Of a stretch of DNA of 64,000 bases, positions 51,460-61,018 are shown in pieces. The position numbers and the translations under genes are program-made. The notes under the pieces are model-generated. The model was given only the letters and a program-made list of their open reading frames with translations. It was not told where the DNA came from and did no database searches. Source of the stretch: Pseudobdellovibrionaceae bacterium (lineage in GTDB: Bacteria; Bdellovibrionota; Bdellovibrionia; Bdellovibrionales; UBA1609); assembly GCA_030591685.1 (NCBI GenBank), contig JAUVAX010000002.1, positions 62,001-126,000 of the forward strand, read 5' to 3'. Numbering within the stretch: the stretch's first letter is position 1; each line of letters opens with the position of its first letter.

Positions 51460-52377
51460 ATGACACCAAGAGTAAGAGAAATTTTAAACTGGTATGGGGC
51501 AGATAACCCGGGCGTTTTAACTAACATGTCCAGAATGTTAAATCAGGGGCGCTTATCGGGTACAGGTAAACTTGTTATACTCCCTGTCGATCAAGGTTTT
51601 GAGCATGGACCGGCGAGAAGTTTTGCTAAAAACCCCATAGGTTATGACCCCAGCTATCACTTTGAACTGGCCATTGAATCCGGTTGCAATGCCTATGCCG
51701 CTCCCTTAGGTTTTATTGAGGCGGCCGCAAGGGATTATGCTGGCGAAATCCCCTTGATTTTAAAAATTAATAACTCTGATAGTTTGTTTTCTGATTCCAA
51801 CGCTCCCATATCAGCCATGACCTCTAGTGTAGAAGACGCCTTAAGGCTTGGCTGTGCGGGTATTGGTTTTACAATTTACCCCGGCAGCCAAGAGAGAAAG
51901 CAAATGTATGAAGAAATAGCCTTTGCTGCCAGCGAAGCTAAAAAGGCAGGACTGGTGGTTGTGGTGTGGTCATACGCTCGAGGAGCAGGCTTATCAAAAG
52001 AGGGCGAAACCGCAATTGATGTTATTTCATATGCGGCTCAAATTGCATGTCAACTGGGGGCCCATATAGTTAAAGTAAAGCCCCCAAGTGCTCATATCGA
52101 ACAGGCCGAGGCGAAAAAAGTATTTGATGCTCAACAAATAAAAATCACTAAATTATCTGACAGAACAAAGCATGTTGTTGAATCTTGTTTTAATGGTCGA
52201 AGAGTTGTGATTTTTAGCGGAGGAGCCGCAAAGGGTACAGAAGACGTTTTAGACGAAGTTAAGCAACTCGCTGCGGGCGGGTCATTTGGTAGCATAATGG
52301 GTCGTAACGCCTTTCAAAGGCCTAAAAAAGAGGCCATAGAGTTACTAAATAATATTATGGATATATATAAAGGCTAA
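51460..52377 (+). CDS. fbaB: Class I fructose-bisphosphate aldolase (DhnA type)
   Basis: ILPVDQGFEHGP, LGAHIVKVK, GSIMGRNAFQRP; GAGG RBS before ATG 51460. Confidence 0.93.
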   Translation: MTPRVREILNWYGADNPGVLTNMSRMLNQGRLSGTGKLVILPVDQGFEHGPARSFAKNPIGYDPSYHFELAIESGCNAYAAPLGFIEAAARDYAGEIPLILKINNSDSLFSDSNAPISAMTSSVEDALRLGCAGIGFTIYPGSQERKQMYEEIAFAASEAKKAGLVVVVWSYARGAGLSKEGETAIDVISYAAQIACQLGAHIVKVKPPSAHIEQAEAKKVFDAQQIKITKLSDRTKHVVESCFNGRRVVIFSGGAAKGTEDVLDEVKQLAAGGSFGSIMGRNAFQRPKKEAIELLNNIMDIYKG

Positions 52378-52449
52378 CGAGTATTAGCTTATATATTTGA
52401 AAAATTAATATAATAAAGCTCTAACTTTTTATACAGGGGCCCGGTTTTT

Positions 52450-53316
52450 ATGAAATTAACATTTTTTATGGTTTTAATGTTTGTCTTTACGGGGTGCCAA
52501 ACTCTGCCTCCGACTACGGTACGTACAATAAGTGATAAGCGTATTAAAATTTTAGTTGAGGGGGCCAGAAGCCCGCTCGTTTTAAGTAAAGATACAATTG
52601 TTTTAGACTCTCGCTCGGCCTTTGATTATTCGTTACTGCATTTACCTGAAGCTATAAATATAAGTTGGCGCGAGTTTTCAGATGTTCAAGGCCCCTACCC
52701 GGGGGTGATTAAAAAAGACCTCTATTTTATGACGGCTCGTTTATCAAGGTTGGGGATTGGCCCGAACAGCCCGGTTATAGTGGTGGGTTATGGCTCAAAG
52801 GGGCATGGGGATGAGGCTCGACTCGCTTGGATGCTTTATTACTTGGGAGTTAAAAACATTCAGTTTTCAGGGTTAAATTACTTTAAAGCCCGAGTCGTAC
52901 AAAAAATACCCCCTCCTCGAAAAGCACAAACCATTTGGAGCCCAAGGCCCCAAACCTCTACGCTGACAAGTACAAAAGAAATAAAAAAAATATTAAAATA
53001 CCCACCCAAAAATGTTCATATTATAGACGTGAGAACCTCAAAAGAGGCTTTAAATGATGGGGGCTCTTCGTGGATAAAAAAAATTAACATTCACAGTCAC
53101 GAGTTTATCACTCAAAAAGGAAGACCCGACTTAAAATTAAAATCAAAACTTAAAAGCGTTGGTATATTGCCCACCCACAGAGTTATAGTGATAAGTAATA
53201 AGGGGTTAAGATCCTCAACGGCTTTAATGTCGTTACTGTCAATGGGGTATAAAAAGGCCTCACATTTTGTAGAGGGTTGGAAATGGATAAAAAAACTAGA
53301 GAGAGGTCAAAAGTGA
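52450..53316 (+). CDS. Tandem-domain rhodanese-like lipoprotein lacking the catalytic Cys
   Basis: FTGC lipobox; LDSRS...HLPEA; IDVRT...VISNKGLRSS. Confidence 0.75.
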   Translation: MKLTFFMVLMFVFTGCQTLPPTTVRTISDKRIKILVEGARSPLVLSKDTIVLDSRSAFDYSLLHLPEAINISWREFSDVQGPYPGVIKKDLYFMTARLSRLGIGPNSPVIVVGYGSKGHGDEARLAWMLYYLGVKNIQFSGLNYFKARVVQKIPPPRKAQTIWSPRPQTSTLTSTKEIKKILKYPPKNVHIIDVRTSKEALNDGGSSWIKKINIHSHEFITQKGRPDLKLKSKLKSVGILPTHRVIVISNKGLRSSTALMSLLSMGYKKASHFVEGWKWIKKLERGQK

Positions 53317-54206
53317 AAACAAAGATCATTTTATTTATGTTTGTTTCAGGGTTTAGTTTATTGGCTTCCGCAAAAACAATATATGTATTAAAAACAAAAG
53401 GCACAGTCGATTCACGTACTCATTTAAGTGCTATCACAGAGCTTATTGAGGCCTCTGTAGAGGGTGAAAAAGGGTTTTCTGTTACAGGTAATCGCTGGAA
53501 GGCTGATTTCGAGTTAAGGTCCAGGCTCACTCAGTTGGGATCAAAGTACATACTTACAGTTTTTAAGAGCCATAATAAAAAAACTCTGAACTCTCAAAAA
53601 ATGACCTCTCGGTCTTTAGAAGATATGGATGTTGTTGTTGCCCGAGTTGTGCGTGCTGTTTTACGGGGCGAAGAGGCGGCTGCAAACTCAAAGGTGAATG
53701 AGGTCACCGAAGAGGAGCAGGTAAAAAGCTCTCGTCGCTTTAAGGCCCATAAACAATGGGTGTTTGCTCTGGGGGCGTCTAGTGCAACAAATCTAAATGA
53801 ATCGGGTAGTTTTAAAAGTTTTGGCTTTGGTCGTAACTGGAATATTGACCCCGATTATGACTTAGCTTTTTTGTGGACCACTCATATATCTCCCTCAGGT
53901 AGCGCGGCTTCTCTTGTAAATTTAAGTATAGACTTACTCTATTATTTTAATAAAAATAAATCAGCACCCTTTTTAGTGGGTGGTATAGGGTATGCGGGGG
54001 CTGCGGCCGATGATGATGCGGTCTTGTTTTTTTCAGACGACACAGCCGGAGGGTTTAGTGCTAAACTGGGGGGCGGTATGAGGTTTTTTAGGACATCTAC
54101 TGTAAACCTTGGGGTTTCACTCACTCACACAATGATGTTTGCCGACACTACAAAAAGTAATAAAAAACCCGCAGTCACAAGCTTTCAGCTACAAATATTT
54201 TACTAA
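53313..54206 (+). CDS. Secreted two-domain protein: TolB-N/CsgG-like domain + small outer membrane beta-barrel
   Basis: GTG start overlapping the upstream stop, signal peptide, amphipathic strands ending FQLQIFY. Confidence 0.6.
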   Translation: MKTKIILFMFVSGFSLLASAKTIYVLKTKGTVDSRTHLSAITELIEASVEGEKGFSVTGNRWKADFELRSRLTQLGSKYILTVFKSHNKKTLNSQKMTSRSLEDMDVVVARVVRAVLRGEEAAANSKVNEVTEEEQVKSSRRFKAHKQWVFALGASSATNLNESGSFKSFGFGRNWNIDPDYDLAFLWTTHISPSGSAASLVNLSIDLLYYFNKNKSAPFLVGGIGYAGAAADDDAVLFFSDDTAGGFSAKLGGGMRFFRTSTVNLGVSLTHTMMFADTTKSNKKPAVTSFQLQIFY

Positions 54207-54250
54207 TAGTTTTTTAGAAAATTTACTTTTTGATTTGAATTATTTAGGGC

Positions 54251-55201
54251 TTAATAGTTGGTAGAACTAGAGTAAGCCCTGAACATGACTTCGTTCATGG
54301 CCTCCATGAGGTCTGGGTCATATTTTTTACCTAACTTGTGGGTCATAAATAACATGGCGTCTCGTGGAGACATTGGCTTATTGTAAGTTCGTTTGGTAGT
54401 GAGGGCATCGTAGGTGTCTGTAATAGCGACAATTCGGGCCATAGGGTGAATGTCTTCACCCTCAAGCTGCTGTGGGTAACCATTGCCTAAAAAACTTTCG
54501 TGATGCTCAAAACAGCAGGCTTTAACGCTCTCGGCGACATTTTCGTCATTTAAAATTTGCAGGCCAAACTGTGGATGCTTTTGCATTTGAGCCCATTCAA
54601 TGTCATTTAAGGGGCCTGATTTTGTGATTATGCTCGTGCTGACGTTGCGCTTGCCAATATCATGAAAAAGAGCACCTGTGCCGAGTTCTTTGAGGTCCAA
54701 CCGTGAGTAACCGGCAACACTCCCAAGGCCAATGCTGTAAATACTGACATCTAAAGAGTGATTATAGGTATAAAAATCATGGGAGGAGAGGCTAATTAAG
54801 TGGCTCATTGCCGTAGGCTCATCATCTATAAGTTCAACAAAGTTAGTGATTATTTGTTTGGATTCTTCAAGAGCCTGGCCTATGTCGGGGCTTTCAAAGA
54901 GCTCTTCAACTAAGGCAATCGAACACTCGCGTAAAACAACAGCCTTTTCAATGGAGGAGAGCTCCCCGCTAGAGATCCTGTTATGAACATAGCTCTTATA
55001 ATCCGGTCGTTGCTCAACAGGGACATAAAAGGGGTTTGAAGATTTAGATTCAAAATTTAAAATTTTCTCTACTGAAATAGCATTACCTCTTCTTAAGTAA
55101 TGGACCATTTTATTATTAATATTTATAAAGATATCAAAAGGGATAGGCTTTGATGGATGAATGGAGTTAATGCGTATTTTAAAGTATTTTTCTAGATCCA
55201 T
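54251..55201 (-). CDS. HD-GYP phosphodiesterase (RxxN variant)
   Basis: HS..V, HDIGK, HHE...GYP, DTYDALTTKRTYN. Confidence 0.9.
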   Translation of the reverse strand: MDLEKYFKIRINSIHPSKPIPFDIFININNKMVHYLRRGNAISVEKILNFESKSSNPFYVPVEQRPDYKSYVHNRISSGELSSIEKAVVLRECSIALVEELFESPDIGQALEESKQIITNFVELIDDEPTAMSHLISLSSHDFYTYNHSLDVSIYSIGLGSVAGYSRLDLKELGTGALFHDIGKRNVSTSIITKSGPLNDIEWAQMQKHPQFGLQILNDENVAESVKACCFEHHESFLGNGYPQQLEGEDIHPMARIVAITDTYDALTTKRTYNKPMSPRDAMLFMTHKLGKKYDPDLMEAMNEVMFRAYSSSTNY

Positions 55202-55260
55202 GCCCTATAGTTTGCCACGATTTTGTTGACTGTCCAACGAAAGATGTTAACTAGAGACCT

Positions 55261-57387
55261 ATGGCTATTCATATTGACACGCCCATACAATTTTTAAAAG
55301 GAGTTGGCCCAAAGTTAGGGGACGTCCTTCGAAAACGTCAAGTCGAGACGGTGAGTGACTTGTTGGAGTGGTACCCGCGAGGCTACCAAGACCAGAGGGC
55401 CTGTTGCTCAATAAGTAGCCTTGAAGTAGATCAACATGTGTCCTTTCAGGCGCAAGTTTATAGGGTCAACTCTGTGAACATTGGTCGAAGTCGACGACGT
55501 ATGCATGAAATCATTGTTTCCGACTCTACAGGTAAGATCAGTTGTAAATACTTTCGTTCACCTTATAGGGGATACTTTGAAAGGTTCTCGGCGGGGCAAC
55601 AAGTAAGGGTCACGGGGAAAGTCATTGAATACAGGGGTGTAAAGCAATTTCAACACCCTGTTGTTGAGCCCATTGAGGACACCTTACAGGAAGAAAACAA
55701 ACTACTACCATTATACACAGACACTGAAGGGATTAACCCCGGCCGGTTAAGAAAAATAATAGCTCTAGCCATTGAGAGCTTAATTGAAAACCCTGCTCCG
55801 GCAAAGTTAGATGTTCCAGAGAAGTTTCGCCGCCCCGTAGGAGTCCCTGACCCCTTGCCCGATTGGTTAAAGGATAAGTATAACCTATTAACAAAATCAA
55901 AAGCCCTTCAGTTGATCCACCAGCCCCCACCAGAATTAGGTGAAGAGTATTTAAAATTTACATCAAATGCCCAAAAAAGGATTATTTTTGAAGAGTTGTT
56001 TTGGCTTGAGCTACACCTGGCCTTTAAAAGAGCCGGAATAGTTAAAGAAAAGGCCTATCAGCTGCAGCCAAAAATGGAGATGGTTCAAAAAATACTCTCT
56101 ACACTTTCATTTGAACTCACCTCTGCCCAAAAACGCTGTTTACAAGAAACAATAACAGACTTAACTAAACCTCACCCTATGCACAGGCTGCTTCAAGGGG
56201 ATGTAGGTAGTGGTAAAACCATGGTCGCCCTCTTGGCATGTGCTTGTGTCATTGAAAACGGGTATCAAGCCTGTGTAATGGTTCCTACTGAAATTTTAGC
56301 CGAGCAACATTATAAAAATGCAAAAAAATTATTTGCACCCTTTAACATAGACGTTGAATTATTAACCGGCCAAATGAAGGCTTCAGACAAGGCCAAGGTT
56401 TACGAAAAAATAAACACAGGTAAAACCAAGCTTTGTATTGGCACCCATGCGCTGATACAAAAAGAAGTTCAGTTTGAAAAGCTAGGTTTTGTAATTATTG
56501 ATGAGCAACATCGCTTTGGGGTCGACCAAAGGTTGTCACTTCGAAAAAAGGGCATAAGCCCCCATTTTTTGGTAATGACAGCGACCCCTATACCCAGAAC
56601 TTTAGCCATGACCGTTTATGGGGATTTAGACGTGTCAGTCATAGATGAAATGCCAAAAGGTCGGCAGCCCATAGTGACCAGAAAGGTCTTTGATAATAAA
56701 AGATCAAAGGTTATGGGGTTTATGTGTGATCAAGTTAAAAAAGGTCGACAGGCTTACATTGTTTACCCTTTAGTTGAAGAGAGCGAAAAAATAGATTTAA
56801 AAAATGCTGTTGATGAGTTTGAAAATTTAAAATTACAGTACCCACAAATTCGTTTTGGGCTTTTGCACGGTAAAATGAAATCTGCAGAAAAAGAAACCAT
56901 CATGAGGGCCTTTCGTGACGGTGATATCCAAGCTCTCGTGTCGACCACTGTTATTGAAGTGGGGGTGGATGTTGCGAATGCTAATTTAATGATTATCGAA
57001 CATGCGGAGCGCTTTGGGCTCTCACAACTGCACCAATTAAGGGGCCGAGTGGGTCGTGGTGAGCATAAGTCTTATTGTGTTTTAATATTGGGGTATGCTG
57101 TTTCAGAAGAGTCAAAACAAAGAGTCGAAGTCATGGAGCGGACCAATGATGGCTTTAAAGTATCAGAAGCAGATTTAGAAATCCGGGGGCCGGGGCAGTT
57201 TTTAGGAACTAAACAATCGGGCCTTCCTGGGTTTAAAATGGCCAACTTAATTCGTGACTTAAAGGTTTTGCAATTGGCAAGGCAGGCGGCCTTTGAGCTT
57301 GTGTCGTTAGACCCTGAGTTATCAAGAAAAGAGCACCAGCTGATTAGTGAAAACATAAAGTTAAATAAAGATAAGATTGTCGGGTAA
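55261..57387 (+). CDS. recG: ATP-dependent DNA helicase RecG
   Basis: QGDVGSGKT, DEQHRFG, TATPIPRTL, QLHQLRGRVGRG. Confidence 0.97.
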   Translation: MAIHIDTPIQFLKGVGPKLGDVLRKRQVETVSDLLEWYPRGYQDQRACCSISSLEVDQHVSFQAQVYRVNSVNIGRSRRRMHEIIVSDSTGKISCKYFRSPYRGYFERFSAGQQVRVTGKVIEYRGVKQFQHPVVEPIEDTLQEENKLLPLYTDTEGINPGRLRKIIALAIESLIENPAPAKLDVPEKFRRPVGVPDPLPDWLKDKYNLLTKSKALQLIHQPPPELGEEYLKFTSNAQKRIIFEELFWLELHLAFKRAGIVKEKAYQLQPKMEMVQKILSTLSFELTSAQKRCLQETITDLTKPHPMHRLLQGDVGSGKTMVALLACACVIENGYQACVMVPTEILAEQHYKNAKKLFAPFNIDVELLTGQMKASDKAKVYEKINTGKTKLCIGTHALIQKEVQFEKLGFVIIDEQHRFGVDQRLSLRKKGISPHFLVMTATPIPRTLAMTVYGDLDVSVIDEMPKGRQPIVTRKVFDNKRSKVMGFMCDQVKKGRQAYIVYPLVEESEKIDLKNAVDEFENLKLQYPQIRFGLLHGKMKSAEKETIMRAFRDGDIQALVSTTVIEVGVDVANANLMIIEHAERFGLSQLHQLRGRVGRGEHKSYCVLILGYAVSEESKQRVEVMERTNDGFKVSEADLEIRGPGQFLGTKQSGLPGFKMANLIRDLKVLQLARQAAFELVSLDPELSRKEHQLISENIKLNKDKIVG

Positions 57388-57957
57388 AAACACAAGGGCT
57401 GATGGATTGTCATAGAGTACTCTTAAAGGGCCTCGTCGTAAAAAAAAGGCATCAAAAGTTTGTCTTCGAATTAAGTCAAAAATCATTTAAAAAAATAATC
57501 GGTCAATAAGAGGGGACTTTAACTATAATAATAGTTGAAGCTTCTAGTATAAAATTTTAAAGGGCAATTTTAGTGGGTTATAAAAGTAAAATTTAACTCG
57601 AGCTAAAGTGGTTGTTGTGTGGCAAGAATATTTAACGCAGCGATCACAAGGGCAACGTAATTTTTTATGGTACTCATAAGAGCTTTTTTGTAAGTTAATG
57701 TAAGATTTAAGAGGCGCCAGTTTCAGAAAAATGTTTATAATCCAGGTAACTCACTAAATTCACTAATTAATCCCACTAAATGACCAACTGTTGCCCTCTT
57801 TTTTAGGTGCTCAAATTTTATGAGCTGTTTATTCAAGACCCCTTAAAATCCTTTAAATTTAGGTCAGTTAGCCTTTTTGGCCATAGTTGTTTGTAATTTT
57901 TACTGTATAAAAATTACCAACCATGATTCAATACTTCACGAAAGCTATGGAGGGAAT

Positions 57958-60069
57958 ATGAGTCATAATACGTACATAACAAAGATGGTTGTGGTATTAA
58001 CTTTGGTTTTGGGTATCACCCAGGCCCACTCAGGGACAGTACTACATTTTAAAAAAGGGGCATTGAATACGGATTCTCAGGCTTCTTTTTCACAGTTGGC
58101 AACAGGCCAATCTACAGTGCAGCAAAAGACTAATTTTTTTGTTGTACAGTTTAAAAATAAAATCACAGTAGAAAACAAAAAGTTTTTAAGGCGACACGGC
58201 GAAATAATTAACTATGTGCCCGAGGATGCATATTTAATTAAGGCCTCAGTAAATAGCATAAATAAAATAAAGGTCAGTACCGACATTCAGGCGGTTGTGC
58301 CGTTTTTCTCAAGCTTCAGAGTGAGCGATCAATTTGCCTCTTTGAGCGTATTTAATGCGTCAAACAAGGCTCGTGTGGTTATAAAGCTGACGTCTAATAA
58401 AGAGTTAGAGCCTGTATTGTCTCAACTCAAAGGGCACAGTATTGTCGCTTCTCAGGGTAAGACTATTTATCTTGATATTAAACTTCAAGACTTACCGGCC
58501 CTATCTATAATTGAAGGGGTCGAGTGGATTGAGCCTTACTCTCAGCCAAAGCTTATGCATATAGACCTACAAAATGCCACAGGGTTCGAAAATCAAGGCC
58601 AAAAAACCATGGACGATATTACAGGGTTTGAGTCCGGCACAAAAATCATGAACTTTGATACGGCTTGGGCCAGAGGCTATACAGGCTTAAACCAAATTGT
58701 ATCTATGGCGGACACGGGGTTAGATAGTGGTAAAGTCTCAACCTTGCACTCTGACTTTCAAGGAGTTTTATCGGGGCAAGCTTTTGGTATGTTTGCTCGC
58801 GATTGGAGTGACCCTATGGGGCACGGTACGCATGTTGCGGGTTCAGTTATTGGTAATGGTTCGAAGTCTCAGGGCCTTATAAAAGGCGGGGCTTATAACT
58901 CAAGTATGATTGCACAAGGTATGTGGTCTCCAGTTATGGAGAATTTATCTGTACCCCCAGAATTAAGCACCATGTTTCAGGCCGCCTATGATTTAGGGGC
59001 ACGAATACATACCAACTCTTGGGGGAGCCCAAAAAATTTAGGAGTCTATGACGTTTATGCAGGACAGGTTGATGCTTTTATGTGGGAGCATCCTGATATG
59101 TTGATACTTTTTGCTGCTGGCAACAGTGGGCAAGATTTAGATAAGGATGGCCGCATTGATCCGGGCTCTGTAAGCTCACCAGCTACGGCAAAGAACGTAC
59201 TCGCAGTTGGGGCTTCTGAAAATTACTTACTCAGTGGTGGCAACCAAACCCCATTAGGTAAACTAAGACCGGGACCGACTAAGTGGTCTGCTGAACCTAT
59301 TAGTACAGATTTACTTTCAGATAACGCCAATGGAATTGCGGCCTTCTCTTCAAGAGGCCCAGCATTAGATGGCCGTCTTAAGCCAGAAATTGTAGCTCCA
59401 GGTACTAACATAGTTAGCCTTTGCTCTACAGTTGAGGGCTCAAGCCCTTTATGGGGAGGCTTTAACGAAGACTACTGCTACTCTGGTGGGACATCAATGT
59501 CGACACCACTTGTTGCCGGTGCTGCTGCCGTGGTGAGAGAATTCTTAATTTTCAATATGGGTATTGCGGTCCCTTCAGCATCGCTTATTAAAGCTGTTTT
59601 AATGTCTAGTACTGATGATTTGTTCCCTGGTCAATTTGGGTTTAGAAACCAAGGGCAAGAACTATTAGTGCCCGGCCCTAATAACGATCAAGGTTATGGC
59701 CGAGTAAACATGGAAAAGGCCACCCAAAGAGGCAAATTTGTGTCGGTTGTTGATGATGCGGTTTCATTAGAGAAAGACTATGAGTATAATGTGCCAGTAG
59801 GCGGATCCGGGATGTTGAACTTTGTTTTAGTATACACCGACGCGCCTTCGAGCATTTCAGCCTCAAAAGCTCTTGTTAATGACATTGATATGTACATTCA
59901 AGACCCTGACACTGGGGTGACCTATGGGGTCAGTGACCGTGTTAATAATCATGAAAGTGTTATTCTTACAGGTATACAGTCAAGTTACGTTAAGGTCATA
60001 ATTAGAGGTCATAACTTGCCAGTAACAAAAAACGGCAAAGTACCGTTTTCAGTGGTAGTTACACGGTAA
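57958..60069 (+). CDS. S8 serine protease (KP-43-like)
   Basis: DTG, HGTHVAG, AAGN, SSRGP..DGRLKPE, GTSMS, DQGYGRV; signal peptide; GGAGG RBS. Confidence 0.92.
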   Translation: MSHNTYITKMVVVLTLVLGITQAHSGTVLHFKKGALNTDSQASFSQLATGQSTVQQKTNFFVVQFKNKITVENKKFLRRHGEIINYVPEDAYLIKASVNSINKIKVSTDIQAVVPFFSSFRVSDQFASLSVFNASNKARVVIKLTSNKELEPVLSQLKGHSIVASQGKTIYLDIKLQDLPALSIIEGVEWIEPYSQPKLMHIDLQNATGFENQGQKTMDDITGFESGTKIMNFDTAWARGYTGLNQIVSMADTGLDSGKVSTLHSDFQGVLSGQAFGMFARDWSDPMGHGTHVAGSVIGNGSKSQGLIKGGAYNSSMIAQGMWSPVMENLSVPPELSTMFQAAYDLGARIHTNSWGSPKNLGVYDVYAGQVDAFMWEHPDMLILFAAGNSGQDLDKDGRIDPGSVSSPATAKNVLAVGASENYLLSGGNQTPLGKLRPGPTKWSAEPISTDLLSDNANGIAAFSSRGPALDGRLKPEIVAPGTNIVSLCSTVEGSSPLWGGFNEDYCYSGGTSMSTPLVAGAAAVVREFLIFNMGIAVPSASLIKAVLMSSTDDLFPGQFGFRNQGQELLVPGPNNDQGYGRVNMEKATQRGKFVSVVDDAVSLEKDYEYNVPVGGSGMLNFVLVYTDAPSSISASKALVNDIDMYIQDPDTGVTYGVSDRVNNHESVILTGIQSSYVKVIIRGHNLPVTKNGKVPFSVVVTR

Positions 60070-60085
60070 TTTAATATTTTTTTTC

Positions 60086-60119
60086 AAAAAAAAAGGGTCA
60101 CTAAAAGTGGCCCTTTTTT
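60086..60119. terminator. Bidirectional Rho-independent terminator
   Basis: AAAAAAAGGGTCAC-TAAAA-GTGGCCCTTTTTT. Confidence 0.8.
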
Positions 60120-60357
60120 GTCACAATTTTAAAAAATTGAAAACAATTTATACTATGAGTTTACCTCTATTGATAAAGGCTTTTTTATGAGCCTTTATTT
60201 ACTTGGCATGGTGGTTTGAGTGCTTTTTTTGTAATGATTACCAGGAGGGGGATTGTCTCCATTTGCATTGATTTAGCGTGTCAAAGGTGCTATAAAGATT
60301 ATAAGTTTATTTAAGTGTAAGTGATTATTGTTTGCATATTTCCGGAGGTCAAAGACG

Positions 60358-60843
60358 ATGGTTGAATTTAAAACAGGTGATAATGCTGTATATCCTGGTT
60401 ACGGTGTTGGTAAGGTCACTGCCGTTGAGACTAAAGAAATAATGGGTACATCTCAAACATTTTATGTCATTAAAATAGAAGAAACAGGTATGAAAGTACT
60501 TGTACCAAAAGATAATAAAAACTCTTCAGGCTTGCGCCATATCATATCCTCAGGTGAAGCTGAGAAGGTGATTAGCATTTTAAAGCAAGATAAAGTTAAA
60601 ATTGACAAGCAAACATGGAACCGTCGCTACAGAGAGTATGTAGAGAAAATCAAAACAGGGTCTATTTACGAAATAGCAGAGGTTTTAAGAGACCTATTTG
60701 TACTTAAAGTAGACAAAGAGCTCAGTTTTGGAGAACGGCAAATGCTTGAAAAAGCAAGAGGCCTACTTTTAAAAGAGCTCACCTTAGCTACAGACACTAT
60801 GAACCTTAAAGAGTCTGAAGTGGGTAGTATTTTAGGCCTTTAA
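60358..60843 (+). CDS. carD: CarD/CdnL family transcriptional regulator
   Basis: GDNAVYPGYGVG, TWNRRYRE, LSFGER; GGAGG RBS. Confidence 0.93.
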   Translation: MVEFKTGDNAVYPGYGVGKVTAVETKEIMGTSQTFYVIKIEETGMKVLVPKDNKNSSGLRHIISSGEAEKVISILKQDKVKIDKQTWNRRYREYVEKIKTGSIYEIAEVLRDLFVLKVDKELSFGERQMLEKARGLLLKELTLATDTMNLKESEVGSILGL

Positions 60844-61018
60844 GCCTAGGGATCTTTAAACCAAAGTCTCTTTAAAGCATCACACTAAATTTTAAGCCTC
60901 AAAAATTTAAGCCCCTTCAAGCTTTTTATTTGCTTCGTATTGGTATATGTTGACCCCCCTTAAGAGAATTTATAAAACAAACATTTGAGCCCTGCTCTTG
61001 GGCCTTAAAGGTGAGTCT

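Noticed and set aside
57752..57779. Three CACTAA direct repeats upstream of the KP-43-like protease
   Set aside because: Short, irregularly spaced and within AT-rich DNA; not distinguishable from chance
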